Positions 50,277-61,240 are shown, counted from the stretch's first letter. The stretch is DNA of 64,000 bases from Firmicutes bacterium UBA5435 (GCA_002426645.1 DIRN01000071.1:22107-86106); one strand, 5' to 3'. The notes: generated by a model from the letters alone, not told the origin. Made by a program: numbers and translations.

Positions 50277-51668
50277 TCAAGAATGAAAACATAACGCATC
50301 ATTTAGGAGAATTATTGCTTTAGCATACATATCTACCGAGACTACAAGTTGTATATTCACTTGCCTGAGAGATTGAGAAACACAGTATATATTTATATCA
50401 TTTTCAGCCAGTATATTAATGGCTTTTGCCAAGACTTTAGGCTTTGAAATATTAGAACCAATGAGACAGATAATAGCAAGTTTTTTCATAGTAACTGTTC
50501 GGTATTTGCTTTGAAGTTCGCGTAGTAACGCTTCACTTACATCCTTTTCCCAGATCACTAATGATATGCTATTGGCACTTGTTGTCTTCATAACATAACT
50601 TATGTTATACTGCTTAAAAATCTCCATTATCCCTAGATCAAATCCCACTGCTCCCACCATTGACGTATCATGGATTTCAATGACTACAACTTTATCTGAA
50701 CCTGCTATGATCTCGATCTTGGACTGTGGTCCTATATAGTCCTTTGATATAATTGTTCCAGGATGATCTGGTTCAAAAGAGTTCTTAACCCTGAGATTTA
50801 TTCCAGCCATCTCCAGTGGTTTTGATGTCTTGGGATGAATAGCTTCCATTCCAATATCAGCAAGTTGATCCGCAACATCATAATTAGTTCTACCAACTGG
50901 AATTGCTTTATTTGCTCCAACGATCTTAGGATCCGCTGATGACAGGTGATATTCTTTATGAATTATAGCCTCATCAACTTTAAGCAATGTTGCAATCTTT
51001 GAAAAAGTAATTTCAGAATACCCTCTGTCATATATACGCATTATTCCTCTGGTATAACCAGTAGCAACTATCATTACTTTAAAAGGATCTATATCTTTGA
51101 ATGATTCTTTAATCCTTTCATCAACAGTCAACTCTTGAGAATCATGAAAACCTGTCAAGTCCACTAACTGAGCAGAAATACTATTATTGCAAAGTATGTT
51201 CACGGTATTAAATGCAGAATGTGCCTCTCCGATAGAAGCCAGTAGCTCTCTGGCAGCAGAAAAAATACTCTCTTTATTCACATAACCAGAAGCCAATATA
51301 TTTACCATACTATATAAATACGACTTTGTTTTCTCAAATCGTTCAGTTATGAATCTATTACAAGTCTTTAAATCTAGACCTATGTGAGTAAAAGACTCAT
51401 TTATTTTAATTAACTTCTCTAATAGTTCATATATAGAAGACTCATAATCTTCACCATTGATAAACTTTTGATATATACCAGGAGCTTCAGTATTTTTATC
51501 TTCAAGAAGCATATTCGTGACACCAGCGTAAGCAGAGACTACGAATACTCTTCCATAGCGAAAGTCATCTTGATTAGGATACTTAATGATATTCTTCAAG
51601 ACATCCTCAAAGCAGAGCATGGATGTACCACCTATCTTTTCTACAGTAAGCACTTTCTTCCCCTCCAA
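50277..51668 (-). CDS. aspartate kinase-like amino-acid kinase with C-terminal ACT region
   Basis: VEKIGGTSM (KFGGTS-like) N-terminus. The C-terminus has ACT-like segments (LAIICLIGSNISKPKVLAKAINIL). Confidence 0.55.
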   Translation of the reverse strand: MEGKKVLTVEKIGGTSMLCFEDVLKNIIKYPNQDDFRYGRVFVVSAYAGVTNMLLEDKNTEAPGIYQKFINGEDYESSIYELLEKLIKINESFTHIGLDLKTCNRFITERFEKTKSYLYSMVNILASGYVNKESIFSAARELLASIGEAHSAFNTVNILCNNSISAQLVDLTGFHDSQELTVDERIKESFKDIDPFKVMIVATGYTRGIMRIYDRGYSEITFSKIATLLKVDEAIIHKEYHLSSADPKIVGANKAIPVGRTNYDVADQLADIGMEAIHPKTSKPLEMAGINLRVKNSFEPDHPGTIISKDYIGPQSKIEIIAGSDKVVVIEIHDTSMVGAVGFDLGIMEIFKQYNISYVMKTTSANSISLVIWEKDVSEALLRELQSKYRTVTMKKLAIICLIGSNISKPKVLAKAINILAENDINIYCVSQSLRQVNIQLVVSVDMYAKAIILLNDALCFHS

Positions 51669-51688
51669 TCAAAATTCCTATATTACCC

Positions 51689-53158
51689 TTAACATAGTGG
51701 ACACTCTGCTATGTTCCAATCTGGGGTGTAGTTATCGCCTTCAGATGCTATCAGACTCTGCTGACCTGTACTTAGGCTACGGATATAAATCTTCCTGGGT
51801 ACAGTAGGACGATAGACCAGGGTACCAGGTGTATCTGACGCGGTGTATATAATCCAATTTGATAGAGGGCCCCATTTAGTCTCTGGATAAAACGATACTG
51901 GAAAGCTCTGTATTACTTGTCCCTGCGGCGATGCGATCCTTATCTCTCCAGTACCATCACTTGCTTTTATAGTGCTATATACCAGCTTACTTGAATCTGG
52001 CGCCCATCCTCCAAGAATACTAAAATCAACTTCTCTAGGTGGTAATGAGTCCACTGGCTCTTCGAATTTGAACCCTGGCAACAAAACGACATTTCCTGTT
52101 ACAAAATCATAGATTTGAATTACAGAGAGTATCATATATGGCGCACCTCTAAAATATTGAACCGCAGCGTATCGGCTATCAGGTGAGAGTTTTATAAGAG
52201 TTGCTGCAATATCTTCATAAATAGTAAAGTTTTCACCCGTTATATCAACTGTGGCAAGGACAGGGAACGCGCCCTCTCTCTCTGTAAAACCTGCTATCCT
52301 CCTATTATCAGAAAACCATACTGGGCGATGGAAATTCGTCAGAATCTCTCTTGCTCTTCCTTGCAGATCAGTAATGTATAGGGTTCCATCTGCCGTAGAG
52401 TAAGCTATCATGGTGCTATCATTGGACCAAGAATAACTGAGAGGAGCTACATCTTCTGCTACCAAGAACGGACGTCGTCCACATGGATCGATAACGAATA
52501 ATCCACCCACAGCTTGATATGTAATGTACCTCCCGTCTGGAGACCATTGTGGATTTGAAACAGGCTCTTCTGGAGTACCTGAGAATCTAGTTAGCTGAAC
52601 CTGACCTCTACCAAGCCCATCACTCCTCCACAGTTCTGGTCTGCCTGTACGCGTTGATACATAGACAACGCAACCCTTAGGACCTACTGCGGGTACCAAT
52701 ATACTTTGTCCCGGAAAAATTAAATTAGGATCTGTAATGCTTGGATTCAGTCGAAGCAACGTCTCAACAGTAGTACCAAAGCGACGGGCAATTAAAAACA
52801 AAGTATCTCCGCGCTGCACAATATATGATATAACATCAGATGGCTTAGGGATATTTATTCTATCTCCGACGTTAATCTGGTTTGGATCCGAGATCTGAGG
52901 ATTTGCCCTTATTAACTCTTCTAGAGTGATACCATATCGACGGGCAATAAGATATAAGGTATCACCAGGACGAACAATATATATAGTTGGAGTAGGCGGT
53001 ATTTCAGTAGGAACAATTATCCGTTGTCCCACAAGGAGCTTCGAGGGATCACTAATTTGAGGGTTAGCCGCAATTAACTCTTCAAGACTTATTCCGAACC
53101 GTCTAGCAATTTTAAAAAGCGTATCACCGGGTTGAACAATATATTCCATGTTGGTCAC
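51689..53158 (-). CDS. triple LysM domain protein fused to a beta-propeller (TolB/PD40-like) domain
   Basis: Three repeats of YIVQPGDTL..IARR.G...EEL...NP in the N-terminal 150 aa, followed by about 330 aa with W/D-rich propeller-like repeats. Confidence 0.7.
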   Translation of the reverse strand: MTNMEYIVQPGDTLFKIARRFGISLEELIAANPQISDPSKLLVGQRIIVPTEIPPTPTIYIVRPGDTLYLIARRYGITLEELIRANPQISDPNQINVGDRINIPKPSDVISYIVQRGDTLFLIARRFGTTVETLLRLNPSITDPNLIFPGQSILVPAVGPKGCVVYVSTRTGRPELWRSDGLGRGQVQLTRFSGTPEEPVSNPQWSPDGRYITYQAVGGLFVIDPCGRRPFLVAEDVAPLSYSWSNDSTMIAYSTADGTLYITDLQGRAREILTNFHRPVWFSDNRRIAGFTEREGAFPVLATVDITGENFTIYEDIAATLIKLSPDSRYAAVQYFRGAPYMILSVIQIYDFVTGNVVLLPGFKFEEPVDSLPPREVDFSILGGWAPDSSKLVYSTIKASDGTGEIRIASPQGQVIQSFPVSFYPETKWGPLSNWIIYTASDTPGTLVYRPTVPRKIYIRSLSTGQQSLIASEGDNYTPDWNIAECPLC

Positions 53159-53213
53159 CTCTTTTATACTTATCTGCTTTCATAGTATTCTTAAAGAATT
53201 TTAGAAGTGACCA

Positions 53214-53250
53214 AAATTAAAAAAAGGGGGCTAAACGCCCCCAATTTTTT
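53214..53250. terminator. bidirectional intrinsic terminator
   Basis: A-run, then GGGGGC-TAAAC-GCCCCC, then T6. It lies downstream of the DegT/Gfo operon on the minus strand. Confidence 0.6.
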
Positions 53251-53258
53251 AATTCTAC

Positions 53259-54539
53259 TTATTTAGCATAAGCCGCGGCTACCTTCTTTATAGCCTTGGC
53301 AATCATGCGCATATGTTTTTCTTCGAGAGTTGGATGAATCTCTGTAGTAAAGGTCCTCTCCTCAAGCCATGCAGCGTTGGGGCAGTAGACTTCACTATAT
53401 TTAATAGACTCAGGATTCGTATATTCCTTGGACTTGAAGGGGAACTTGCTTCGGCCAAAGCCATTGTGATTTGTATAAGCCTTTTCCTTATATGCTTGTG
53501 GCCAGTGAACAGGACCTACTGGAATACCCTCTGCTTTACAGGCATCCATGAAGACCTGTCGATCGCAAGTAAGAGCCTCAAGGTTTAGTACTATTGGGAA
53601 TACGAAAAATCCGTTCACCTTATCCTCTTTGTTATGCACTGGTAAGTATAGAATCTGTGGGCAATCTTTAAGCTCATCAATTAGGATCTCAGCATTTCTT
53701 CTCCTATTCTTTAGGTTCCAAGAATCTAACTTAGCCAGTTCATGAATACCAATTACTGACTGCATTTCAGTCATCCTATAATTGAAACCAATGTTATTGT
53801 GAATGTAAGGTAGCTTTGCCTCTAACTCTAAGAGGCGCAGACGCTCTTTAACATCATAACCGTGGTCACGGAAAGAGCGGCATCTCCAGGCTACATCCTC
53901 GTCATCGGTTAGAACAGCACCACCCTCACCACCTGTTGTAAAGGTCTTGCTCTGGCAGAAGCTGAATGCACCTGCATGACCTATTGTACCCACTTTTTTA
54001 CCTTTATAAAGAGCACCATGGGCCTGTGCACAATCTTCCACTACAACGAGATTATGCTTCTCTGCAATAGCCATTATTTCATCCATATCACAGGGAGTAC
54101 CATAGAGGTGTACCACAACTATACCTCTTGTTCTTTCAGTGATCTTAGATTCTATATCTGTAGGGTTAATAGTATGATCATTCTTTTTCACATCAGCAAA
54201 GACTGGTATTGCACCTGCCTGAACTATACAGAAAGACGAAGCTATAAAGCTATAAGATGGAACTATAACTTCATCCCCAGGGCCTATCTCTAACCCAGCC
54301 AACGCTGTATGTAGGGCACTTGTACCGTTGCTAGTGGATATAGCAAACTTAGCGCCATTCCATTCAGCCCACTTCTTCTCAAATTCCATACCTCTGTTTC
54401 CAGTCCAATAATTTACCTTCCCTGCTCTTAAAGGTTCCATAGCAGCGTTAATAGTCTCCTCGTCAAACCATGGCCACTTTGGAAACGTCTCAGTTGTAAC
54501 AGGGGTACCACCGTTAATTGCTAATGTTTCTTTGCTCAC
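53259..54539 (-). CDS. DegT/DnrJ/EryC1/StrS family PLP-dependent (sugar) aminotransferase
   Basis: Family-typical N-terminus. Active-site lysine region (AFSFCQSKTFTTGEGG). Confidence 0.8.
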   Translation of the reverse strand: MSKETLAINGGTPVTTETFPKWPWFDEETINAAMEPLRAGKVNYWTGNRGMEFEKKWAEWNGAKFAISTSNGTSALHTALAGLEIGPGDEVIVPSYSFIASSFCIVQAGAIPVFADVKKNDHTINPTDIESKITERTRGIVVVHLYGTPCDMDEIMAIAEKHNLVVVEDCAQAHGALYKGKKVGTIGHAGAFSFCQSKTFTTGGEGGAVLTDDEDVAWRCRSFRDHGYDVKERLRLLELEAKLPYIHNNIGFNYRMTEMQSVIGIHELAKLDSWNLKNRRRNAEILIDELKDCPQILYLPVHNKEDKVNGFFVFPIVLNLEALTCDRQVFMDACKAEGIPVGPVHWPQAYKEKAYTNHNGFGRSKFPFKSKEYTNPESIKYSEVYCPNAAWLEERTFTTEIHPTLEEKHMRMIAKAIKKVAAAYAK

Positions 54540-55600
54540 AAATATTCCTCCTTAATATAATTAGTTTTTCCTGACTTTGCTGCATCATATGCTGCTAAAA
54601 CAATGGCAAGATTTCTCTTACCTTCTGCACCATCGATCATAGGCTTCAAATTCTTTTCAATAGCCTCGCTAAAATACTGAATCTGCGAGGTATACATATT
54701 AATGGGTTTCAAATCATTTATAATGCTTTCTCCAGCATTTACTTGACGAACCTGAGCTGCATTATAACCTGTCTCTTCAGGCTGGAGATAACAACTTATG
54801 GTGCCATTTGAATCCTGACCTATTGTACCTTGTGCCCTTACGCTGCCCTTGGTCCCGTAAACCTCAAGTACATTTTTTGATGCAAGGTCAGGTACGTTAA
54901 AGTTATTATCTACTATGCCCTGTGCCCCATTTTCAAACTTCAAGAGCACTACTGCGCTATCCTCTACCTTATAGTTATGGGTGAGTGTATCCATAAAAGC
55001 ACTGACCTTAATAACCTTGCTTCCAATGAGATACTCTAAAAGGTCTATACAGTGGCTTCCCATATCAATAAAAGAACCACCGCCACCTAAGTTCTGAATC
55101 TGTCGCCATGCACCAGGTATAGGTGGATACCAACAGGTAAGTTGAGCCCTGGCAAGGGATATTTGACCCAGATCTCCATCAGAGATCATCTCTTTGATCT
55201 TCTTGTTATATGCATGGAACCTCATCATATAACCAAGACCTAGTTTAACTCCGTTCTTCTCACATGCAGCAATCATCTCATCGCACTCTTTAAGGTTCAT
55301 ACCCATGGGTTTCTCACATAACACGTGTTTACCATTCTCCGCCGCCATTATAACCTGCTTATGGTGGAGATAGGTAGGAGTTGCGATATAAACTGCATCA
55401 ATGGAATCATCTTTAAGAAGCTCTTCCTCGTTAAAGTAACACTTATCAACTCCAAATTCCTTAGCTACTTCCTTTACTCGTTCTTGTGCCACATCCATAA
55501 CAGCAGCGAGCTTAGCATTGGGCGCACGCATTATGCCTTCAGGAATAGTACGCCTGTAAGCGATACCACAAGCACCTATAACACCCCATCTTACTGTCAT
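54536..55600 (-). CDS. Gfo/Idh/MocA family oxidoreductase
   Basis: WGVIGACGIAYRR N-terminus and an EKP motif (VLCEKPMGMN). Overlaps the DegT start by 4 nt, so they are likely translationally coupled. Confidence 0.8.
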   Translation of the reverse strand: MTVRWGVIGACGIAYRRTIPEGIMRAPNAKLAAVMDVAQERVKEVAKEFGVDKCYFNEEELLKDDSIDAVYIATPTYLHHKQVIMAAENGKHVLCEKPMGMNLKECDEMIAACEKNGVKLGLGYMMRFHAYNKKIKEMISDGDLGQISLARAQLTCWYPPIPGAWRQIQNLGGGGSFIDMGSHCIDLLEYLIGSKVIKVSAFMDTLTHNYKVEDSAVVLLKFENGAQGIVDNNFNVPDLASKNVLEVYGTKGSVRAQGTIGQDSNGTISCYLQPEETGYNAAQVRQVNAGESIINDLKPINMYTSQIQYFSEAIEKNLKPMIDGAEGKRNLAIVLAAYDAAKSGKTNYIKEEYL

Positions 55601-55629
55601 AATTTCATTCAGCTCCTTCTTTCATAAAA

Positions 55630-56910
55630 TTATTCCAATTCATCAATAATCTCCAAAGCAGCTTGGACCATATCTTCTCCTGCTCCTGGAACCAGCTTAC
55701 TTGATCTAGCGAGCCTCATCTCATATCCTCCCTCTTGGAAGGCTTTCTTCGTCGGTACATACCCTTCACATCCATTGGCAAGCTCACAGATTATAGTATG
55801 GTCAAACTTAGAACCTTCCTTTACAGCCAGGCCTAGCTCCACAAAGATCTCACCAGGTAACCCTAGTACTACTGATTCCCCTACACGTATACCTTGCACT
55901 TCCACATCTACAGCCTTCAAACCCATCTCCTTTAGGATACGTGCTTCTTCCTGATAAACCTCTTCAACTATAGCACCATCAGCATCAACTAAATCCAATT
56001 TCTGACTGAGGGCTTCAGGGGTTGGTTGTCTAACTCCTACAGATATTATCTTACTGGATACACTTAATTTGCCATGACCTTTAGGGGTTATCCTCTCCCT
56101 GACCTTTATCACCTCTCCTGCCAAGATAGCACCCATCTTTCGATAGAGTCCTTCTTCTCTAAAGTCAGTGCCACCAAAGACATCAATATGATTGATATCT
56201 CCGCATGTTCCTGTCATAAAGAGAATAACTACATTATCACCGTAAATTTTCTTTATTATAGCACTGAGCTCGCCTGGATAATCAGCTGATATCTTAGTAC
56301 CTCCAATTACATCAAGATGGCACGCAAAGTTTACTACAATAGCCATAGGTTCACCATTGCTATTATCAACACGCATAACTATTACATCTGGATCAATAGG
56401 AGCTATAGGCTTAACTACATCAGGATTATAAACTCCTGGGTTAGTGCGTACTGTACCATCCTTCATAATATATCGCCTATTGAAAGAGATCCCTTTCTCT
56501 TCCCCTTTTCCTAAACCTATCTTTGCCTCAGTAAGTCCTCTGTAGGCTATCCCAACAGCACCTGCGGCCTTTTTAACCATATCTTGGATATAGCATTCAT
56601 CTCTTTGAGCTCCAAAAGTTTCCGACAACACTGGGCCTGTATGGATGTGTGTTGCAGAGACCATAACATTATCCCCTGGTATTCCTGTAGTCTCCTCAAC
56701 CAACGTTCTAATAGCCATTACCTCTGGTCTTTCAATGCCAAGCGCATCAAGGGCCACAAAGGCTACCTGTGTTTCTCCATCATCCAAGACTAAAGCCTTT
56801 GCATGGATATCATCGAGTATTCCTGTGGCTCTTCGTTCTTCAAAGTATCCTGAAATAGCCGCCCCCATAGGCGGAGTAATTACTACCTCTGCTGCACCTG
56901 CTCTCAACAT
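55630..56910 (-). CDS. neutral/alkaline ceramidase-like hydrolase family protein
   Basis: N-terminus AGAAEVVITPPMGAAISGY...DDIHAKALVL resembles the ceramidase N-terminal domain. 426 aa. Confidence 0.45.
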   Translation of the reverse strand: MLRAGAAEVVITPPMGAAISGYFEERRATGILDDIHAKALVLDDGETQVAFVALDALGIERPEVMAIRTLVEETTGIPGDNVMVSATHIHTGPVLSETFGAQRDECYIQDMVKKAAGAVGIAYRGLTEAKIGLGKGEEKGISFNRRYIMKDGTVRTNPGVYNPDVVKPIAPIDPDVIVMRVDNSNGEPMAIVVNFACHLDVIGGTKISADYPGELSAIIKKIYGDNVVILFMTGTCGDINHIDVFGGTDFREEGLYRKMGAILAGEVIKVRERITPKGHGKLSVSSKIISVGVRQPTPEALSQKLDLVDADGAIVEEVYQEEARILKEMGLKAVDVEVQGIRVGESVVLGLPGEIFVELGLAVKEGSKFDHTIICELANGCEGYVPTKKAFQEGGYEMRLARSSKLVPGAGEDMVQAALEIIDELE

Positions 56911-56971
56911 ATACCTTACCTACCTTTATCTATATATCTTCTGAAGTCAAATCTCTATCTCGAATTATTTA

Positions 56972-59332
56972 CTATCTGACAATACTCTGGGTATTCTTTA
57001 AATCTAATGCAGGTAACTGAGAAATGGCTCCAGTCTTAACCTCTCTTAAAACACCATCTAGAAAATCTAATAATGATACAAGAAAATTTCTAAAGAACGT
57101 GAGATCTCTCATGGTATGTGGCAACAGATACTGAGATTTAACCTTTTCTATGCGAGCCATAAGTTCATCTTGAGACCTTAAGAGCTCATTAGCTTGCTTC
57201 ACAAGCTTATTTAAAATGTCCCCTGCTGCGGAGGGTTCTCCTTCTATAGCCTTAGCAGCTGTCTTATACATATCCTCTATATCTAGTAATTGTAGATAAG
57301 CTCTTAGAACAGTCTCGTAACGCTTACACTCAACGATATAATGGTCTATAAGGCGTATCTGCCCGCTCTCTCCTTCTCTTAACTTCACAAATCCCTTTCG
57401 CGCCTCGGATATTTCATCTAAAGCATTCTGGAGATTTTCACGTGCGCTCTCTATATCTTCATAGAGCTTGGTAAAGGCTTCGCCTGGATAATCCCTAGGA
57501 TATTCTAGTCCTTTACGAACATAAGAGTATCTGTAATATATTAATGTAGAATTCACAATGGCTCCAAGACCATCTGGTTCAACTACTTTATCGAAATGTT
57601 CAAAAGCATCACGCGCTATATGAGCATCAGCTCCAAAGGTACCCTTTATGTATTTCTCTCTAAAATCATCTAAAGACCCAGTCTTCTTCTGATTCCATGA
57701 ATACTCAGCCAAACACAACTTATTCCTATGGAAGCTATAGTCAAAGGTGCAATATGCCTCGCTTCCCTCGGAACCCTGCTCATATCCTAATTTCAACATT
57801 CGATAGATATTCAACAAGTAACTCTGATAATTCATCCAGAAGTAGTATCCTGTCATAGGACAGACGAAAGTGCGAAGTCCTAGCTCAGGTCGTATTGTCT
57901 CAGGCACGTTTGGACTATACCACCACCAGTTAAGTATAAGCTTATCAAAGAGTCCATCTTCTTTAATCTTGTTGACTAGTCCTTCATCTAACACGTTCAT
58001 ATGCCTGACAAGCTGATCATTCCATATGGTTATATTATTAATTCCCTTCTCCTTTACATGGTTAGTTATCTTCAGTAAGAAGTCAACTAAAAGTTCCTCT
58101 TGAGAACTCTTACTACATTCTGGACACTGGCACCATGGATCCACAGATTTCCGCGGATGTTCTGCATCGATCCCTACTAAAGGATATATTTCATCCATAC
58201 CAAGATGGAAGTAGTCTACACCATTTGGAAGAAGGTATCCATCAATGATCTCGTCGTAGATATCAAATAGTACCTCATAAGTTTTGGGATTAGAGGTACA
58301 AAAGCCATAATTCTTGGCGTTTCCATCCTCATCTTTTGATGAAACTTCAGGAAAAGTCCTGGGTATGAGGGTATTATGACCCAAACTATTAAATTGTGGT
58401 CTTACAATAACATTTCTTTTTTTACCATAGGCTATAATATTACCGAACAAGTCCTCAGAGAAGATAGTTGGAAGATAATCCACTACCTCCAGATCGCCTT
58501 TACTAGGTGAGTAGTATTCTATGGTCTTAGGCGTGGAAAGCTCTGGATATTTTTTAATTGGGACAGTTAAAAATTCTGTTATCTGATTTTTGTATTGTAT
58601 ATTCCAGCATCCGTAGATACCTACGCCCAGGAAATTCATTTTAAGATCTGCTATAAAGTCTATAGTTTCCTTCCAATCGTCAAGGGTCATACGATCCGGA
58701 CCCCATTTTGATTCAATGAAAAGTCCCCTATACTTTAGTTGAGGCCAATCGATTATCTTCACCATTGGAAAGTAAAGGTCTTCACCCTCAGCTTTAAGTA
58801 ACTGCCCGAAGGTTTGAGCAGCATAAAAGAGCCCTGCTGCTGATTTAGCCTTAAGAGAGATCCTATTCTTACTAGTCTCAATTATATATGCTTCTTCGCT
58901 ATTTATGGCATCTTCTCCAAACGAAAAATTACAAGGAACTCTCTCAAGAGAAATGAGAACCTCCTCTATCTGACCTTCGTCTTCCTCTGTAACTATACAA
59001 GGATTTTTGCCTATTATGCTCTCAGCTATACTTTTTTTAATTATTTCACCAGCATAGACTTGTAACTCTTCCTTCGCTTCTTGCAGGAGGAGAACAGAAT
59101 TCCCCTTACCCCGTGACCCAAGAAATATCCTTCCCGCTTCTACTTCCATTATCTGTGGCTCTGGAAACAAAATCAATTGTTCCTTATCCATAGTTGAGCC
59201 CTGGTCTAAGAGACTTGCCAGTATTAGAATCATACTGTACAAGCGGCCTCCTTCCCTTGTGCCCAGGTATCTCTTCCTCCTTCCGGATGGTTTCTTTTCT
59301 CTATATAGAGGCCAACTTCGATCATATGACAT
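56972..59332 (-). CDS. glycoside hydrolase family 20-like protein (beta-N-acetylhexosaminidase-like)
   Basis: 786 aa. A TIM-barrel region has a YRGLFIE (RG) motif and an HLGMDE motif like the GH20 H-x-G-G-D-E catalytic pair. Confidence 0.45.
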   Translation of the reverse strand: MSYDRSWPLYREKKPSGRRKRYLGTREGGRLYSMILILASLLDQGSTMDKEQLILFPEPQIMEVEAGRIFLGSRGKGNSVLLLQEAKEELQVYAGEIIKKSIAESIIGKNPCIVTEEDEGQIEEVLISLERVPCNFSFGEDAINSEEAYIIETSKNRISLKAKSAAGLFYAAQTFGQLLKAEGEDLYFPMVKIIDWPQLKYRGLFIESKWGPDRMTLDDWKETIDFIADLKMNFLGVGIYGCWNIQYKNQITEFLTVPIKKYPELSTPKTIEYYSPSKGDLEVVDYLPTIFSEDLFGNIIAYGKKRNVIVRPQFNSLGHNTLIPRTFPEVSSKDEDGNAKNYGFCTSNPKTYEVLFDIYDEIIDGYLLPNGVDYFHLGMDEIYPLVGIDAEHPRKSVDPWCQCPECSKSSQEELLVDFLLKITNHVKEKGINNITIWNDQLVRHMNVLDEGLVNKIKEDGLFDKLILNWWWYSPNVPETIRPELGLRTFVCPMTGYYFWMNYQSYLLNIYRMLKLGYEQGSEGSEAYCTFDYSFHRNKLCLAEYSWNQKKTGSLDDFREKYIKGTFGADAHIARDAFEHFDKVVEPDGLGAIVNSTLIYYRYSYVRKGLEYPRDYPGEAFTKLYEDIESARENLQNALDEISEARKGFVKLREGESGQIRLIDHYIVECKRYETVLRAYLQLLDIEDMYKTAAKAIEGEPSAAGDILNKLVKQANELLRSQDELMARIEKVKSQYLLPHTMRDLTFFRNFLVSLLDFLDGVLREVKTGAISQLPALDLKNTQSIVR

Positions 59333-59975
59333 TTTCCAATGACAAGAAAAAGTTAAGTATAAAGTGGGCCTACTATCATTCTCTTGTTTGTATTATTCGA
59401 CGCGCTATGCTGATTTCCTTCTATAAATAAAAGAAATTTTTAATATTTTTATAATCATATTATTCTAGGCTCTACAGGCTCCTTCTCTCCAATTAAAGAC
59501 TTTAAATATTTATAAGCCATAGTTCGTAAACCTACTAAAGAAGTTCCTACCATTAAAGCATCGTTGCATCACTGCTATAATTAACTTTTCGGCATTTTGC
59601 AGTCCCTACTCCTCTGGGATCGAATAATTCTTAGTAGTTAGTTCTGCTATACTCTCCCAATCTGACTCAATCTCCATTGTTCCATTCTCTAAGCACCAAG
59701 TAAACCTTAGCATCCCTAGAAGCAAAGGAATAGGACTTCTGGTGCAGATCCCTTAAATCCATTAGGGATATAAAGTTAGAAGTAACGTACTTTCTTTAAA
59801 GTACCGATGTATAAACGATCCCGAGCGTTTTAATTTTAGGCTTTTTAACTGAATATAGAGTAGAAGGATTTAACAACCTACTCCACTTATAACTTACATA
59901 GGCCAGATTTACTTTTCTTCCCTAAGTAGTAGATGCGCCCCTGTAGAAGTCAGCTCTCACCAGAAGCTAAATTTC

Positions 59976-61217
59976 CTATCTTCCTACTATTACATTTGGG
60001 ATCTTAAAGAGCTCCTGTAGTACTAATGTACCTCCACCTAAAATTTCTGCATCAACCTGTGAGAGCAAAGACATTGCAGGAACTATCTTTACAGATTCTG
60101 CTGGAATCCTTAAAGAACGCTCCTTACATTCTTTAACGATAGTAGAGATGAGCAGATCTCCTGCCTTCACCAAGTCGCCTCCTACTATAACCATTTGCGG
60201 GTTAAGGAGATTTACTAGGTTAGCTATTCCTATTCCCAGAAGGTGCCCTGTCTCTTCTATGATCTCTTTAGCTAAGGGATCACCCTGTTCCAAACCATCT
60301 AAAAAGAGATCAAAGGTTATATTATCAGGATCTCCATGGGCCAGCTCTAAAAGCTTAGTGGAGCGTCCTTCCTTTATGACTTTATCCACTTTAGAAAGTA
60401 TAGCTGGAATAGATGTATAATTCTCTAGACATCCCCTACCTCCACAATCACAAAGAGGTCCATTGTGATCTATTGTAGTATGGCCAAATTCACCTGCAGT
60501 TCCTTTAAAGCCTCTATATACTTGCCCTCCTACGACTATAACAACGCTAACCCCTCGTCCTATATAAAAATATATAAAGTCTTCTATGCTTTCCTCTAAA
60601 GCCATTCCAAGCCACTTCTCACCCATAGCAATGGCAACGCCATCAGTGTCTACAAAAGTTGGAAACCCAAACTCCTCTTCGATCATTGACTTCAAAGGTA
60701 TGTCCTTCCAACCCAGAACGGCAGAGTAGGTTACAATTCCAGCAGGCTGTGAAACTATACCAGGAAGACATATACCTATTCCCATAATCTTATCCTTAGA
60801 TACTCCAGAACCTTCAATAGCTTGACGTATTAAATCTGAAACATGAGGTATAGGCATTATAATTCCTGTCTTAGAACGAGATGGAGGGGTCTTGTAAAGC
60901 AACTGGCCCCAAACATCCATTACTCCAGCCACATTGCTATCAAGTCCCACACCTATCAAGACCCCTCCTTTACCATTCAAGTCAAGGAGACGTGGTCTCC
61001 GGCCACCCTTGGATTCTCCAGAACCAATCTCGTGGACAAGACCAGCCTCTATAAGTTCCTTCACAGCTGTTCCTACAGTAGTTGGACTTAAACCTGTTAC
61101 CTTAGAAATATCATACCTAGATATAGGTGCTCTCTCCCTCAAAACAGTGAGGACATACGCCTTATTTATCTCCTGCATAAATTCTCGACTACCCTTCCGA
61201 ATCCAAGACATCCGCAA
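59976..61217 (-). CDS. ROK family transcriptional regulator (NagC/XylR-like)
   Basis: N-terminal winged HTH, a ROK sugar-kinase fold, and the zinc motif CDCGGRGCLE. Confidence 0.8.
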   Translation of the reverse strand: MRMSWIRKGSREFMQEINKAYVLTVLRERAPISRYDISKVTGLSPTTVGTAVKELIEAGLVHEIGSGESKGGRRPRLLDLNGKGGVLIGVGLDSNVAGVMDVWGQLLYKTPPSRSKTGIIMPIPHVSDLIRQAIEGSGVSKDKIMGIGICLPGIVSQPAGIVTYSAVLGWKDIPLKSMIEEEFGFPTFVDTDGVAIAMGEKWLGMALEESIEDFIYFYIGRGVSVVIVVGGQVYRGFKGTAGEFGHTTIDHNGPLCDCGGRGCLENYTSIPAILSKVDKVIKEGRSTKLLELAHGDPDNITFDLFLDGLEQGDPLAKEIIEETGHLLGIGIANLVNLLNPQMVIVGGDLVKAGDLLISTIVKECKERSLRIPAESVKIVPAMSLLSQVDAEILGGGTLVLQELFKIPNVIVGR

Positions 61218-61240
61218 TTTCCACCTTTCCTCGAACTCTC

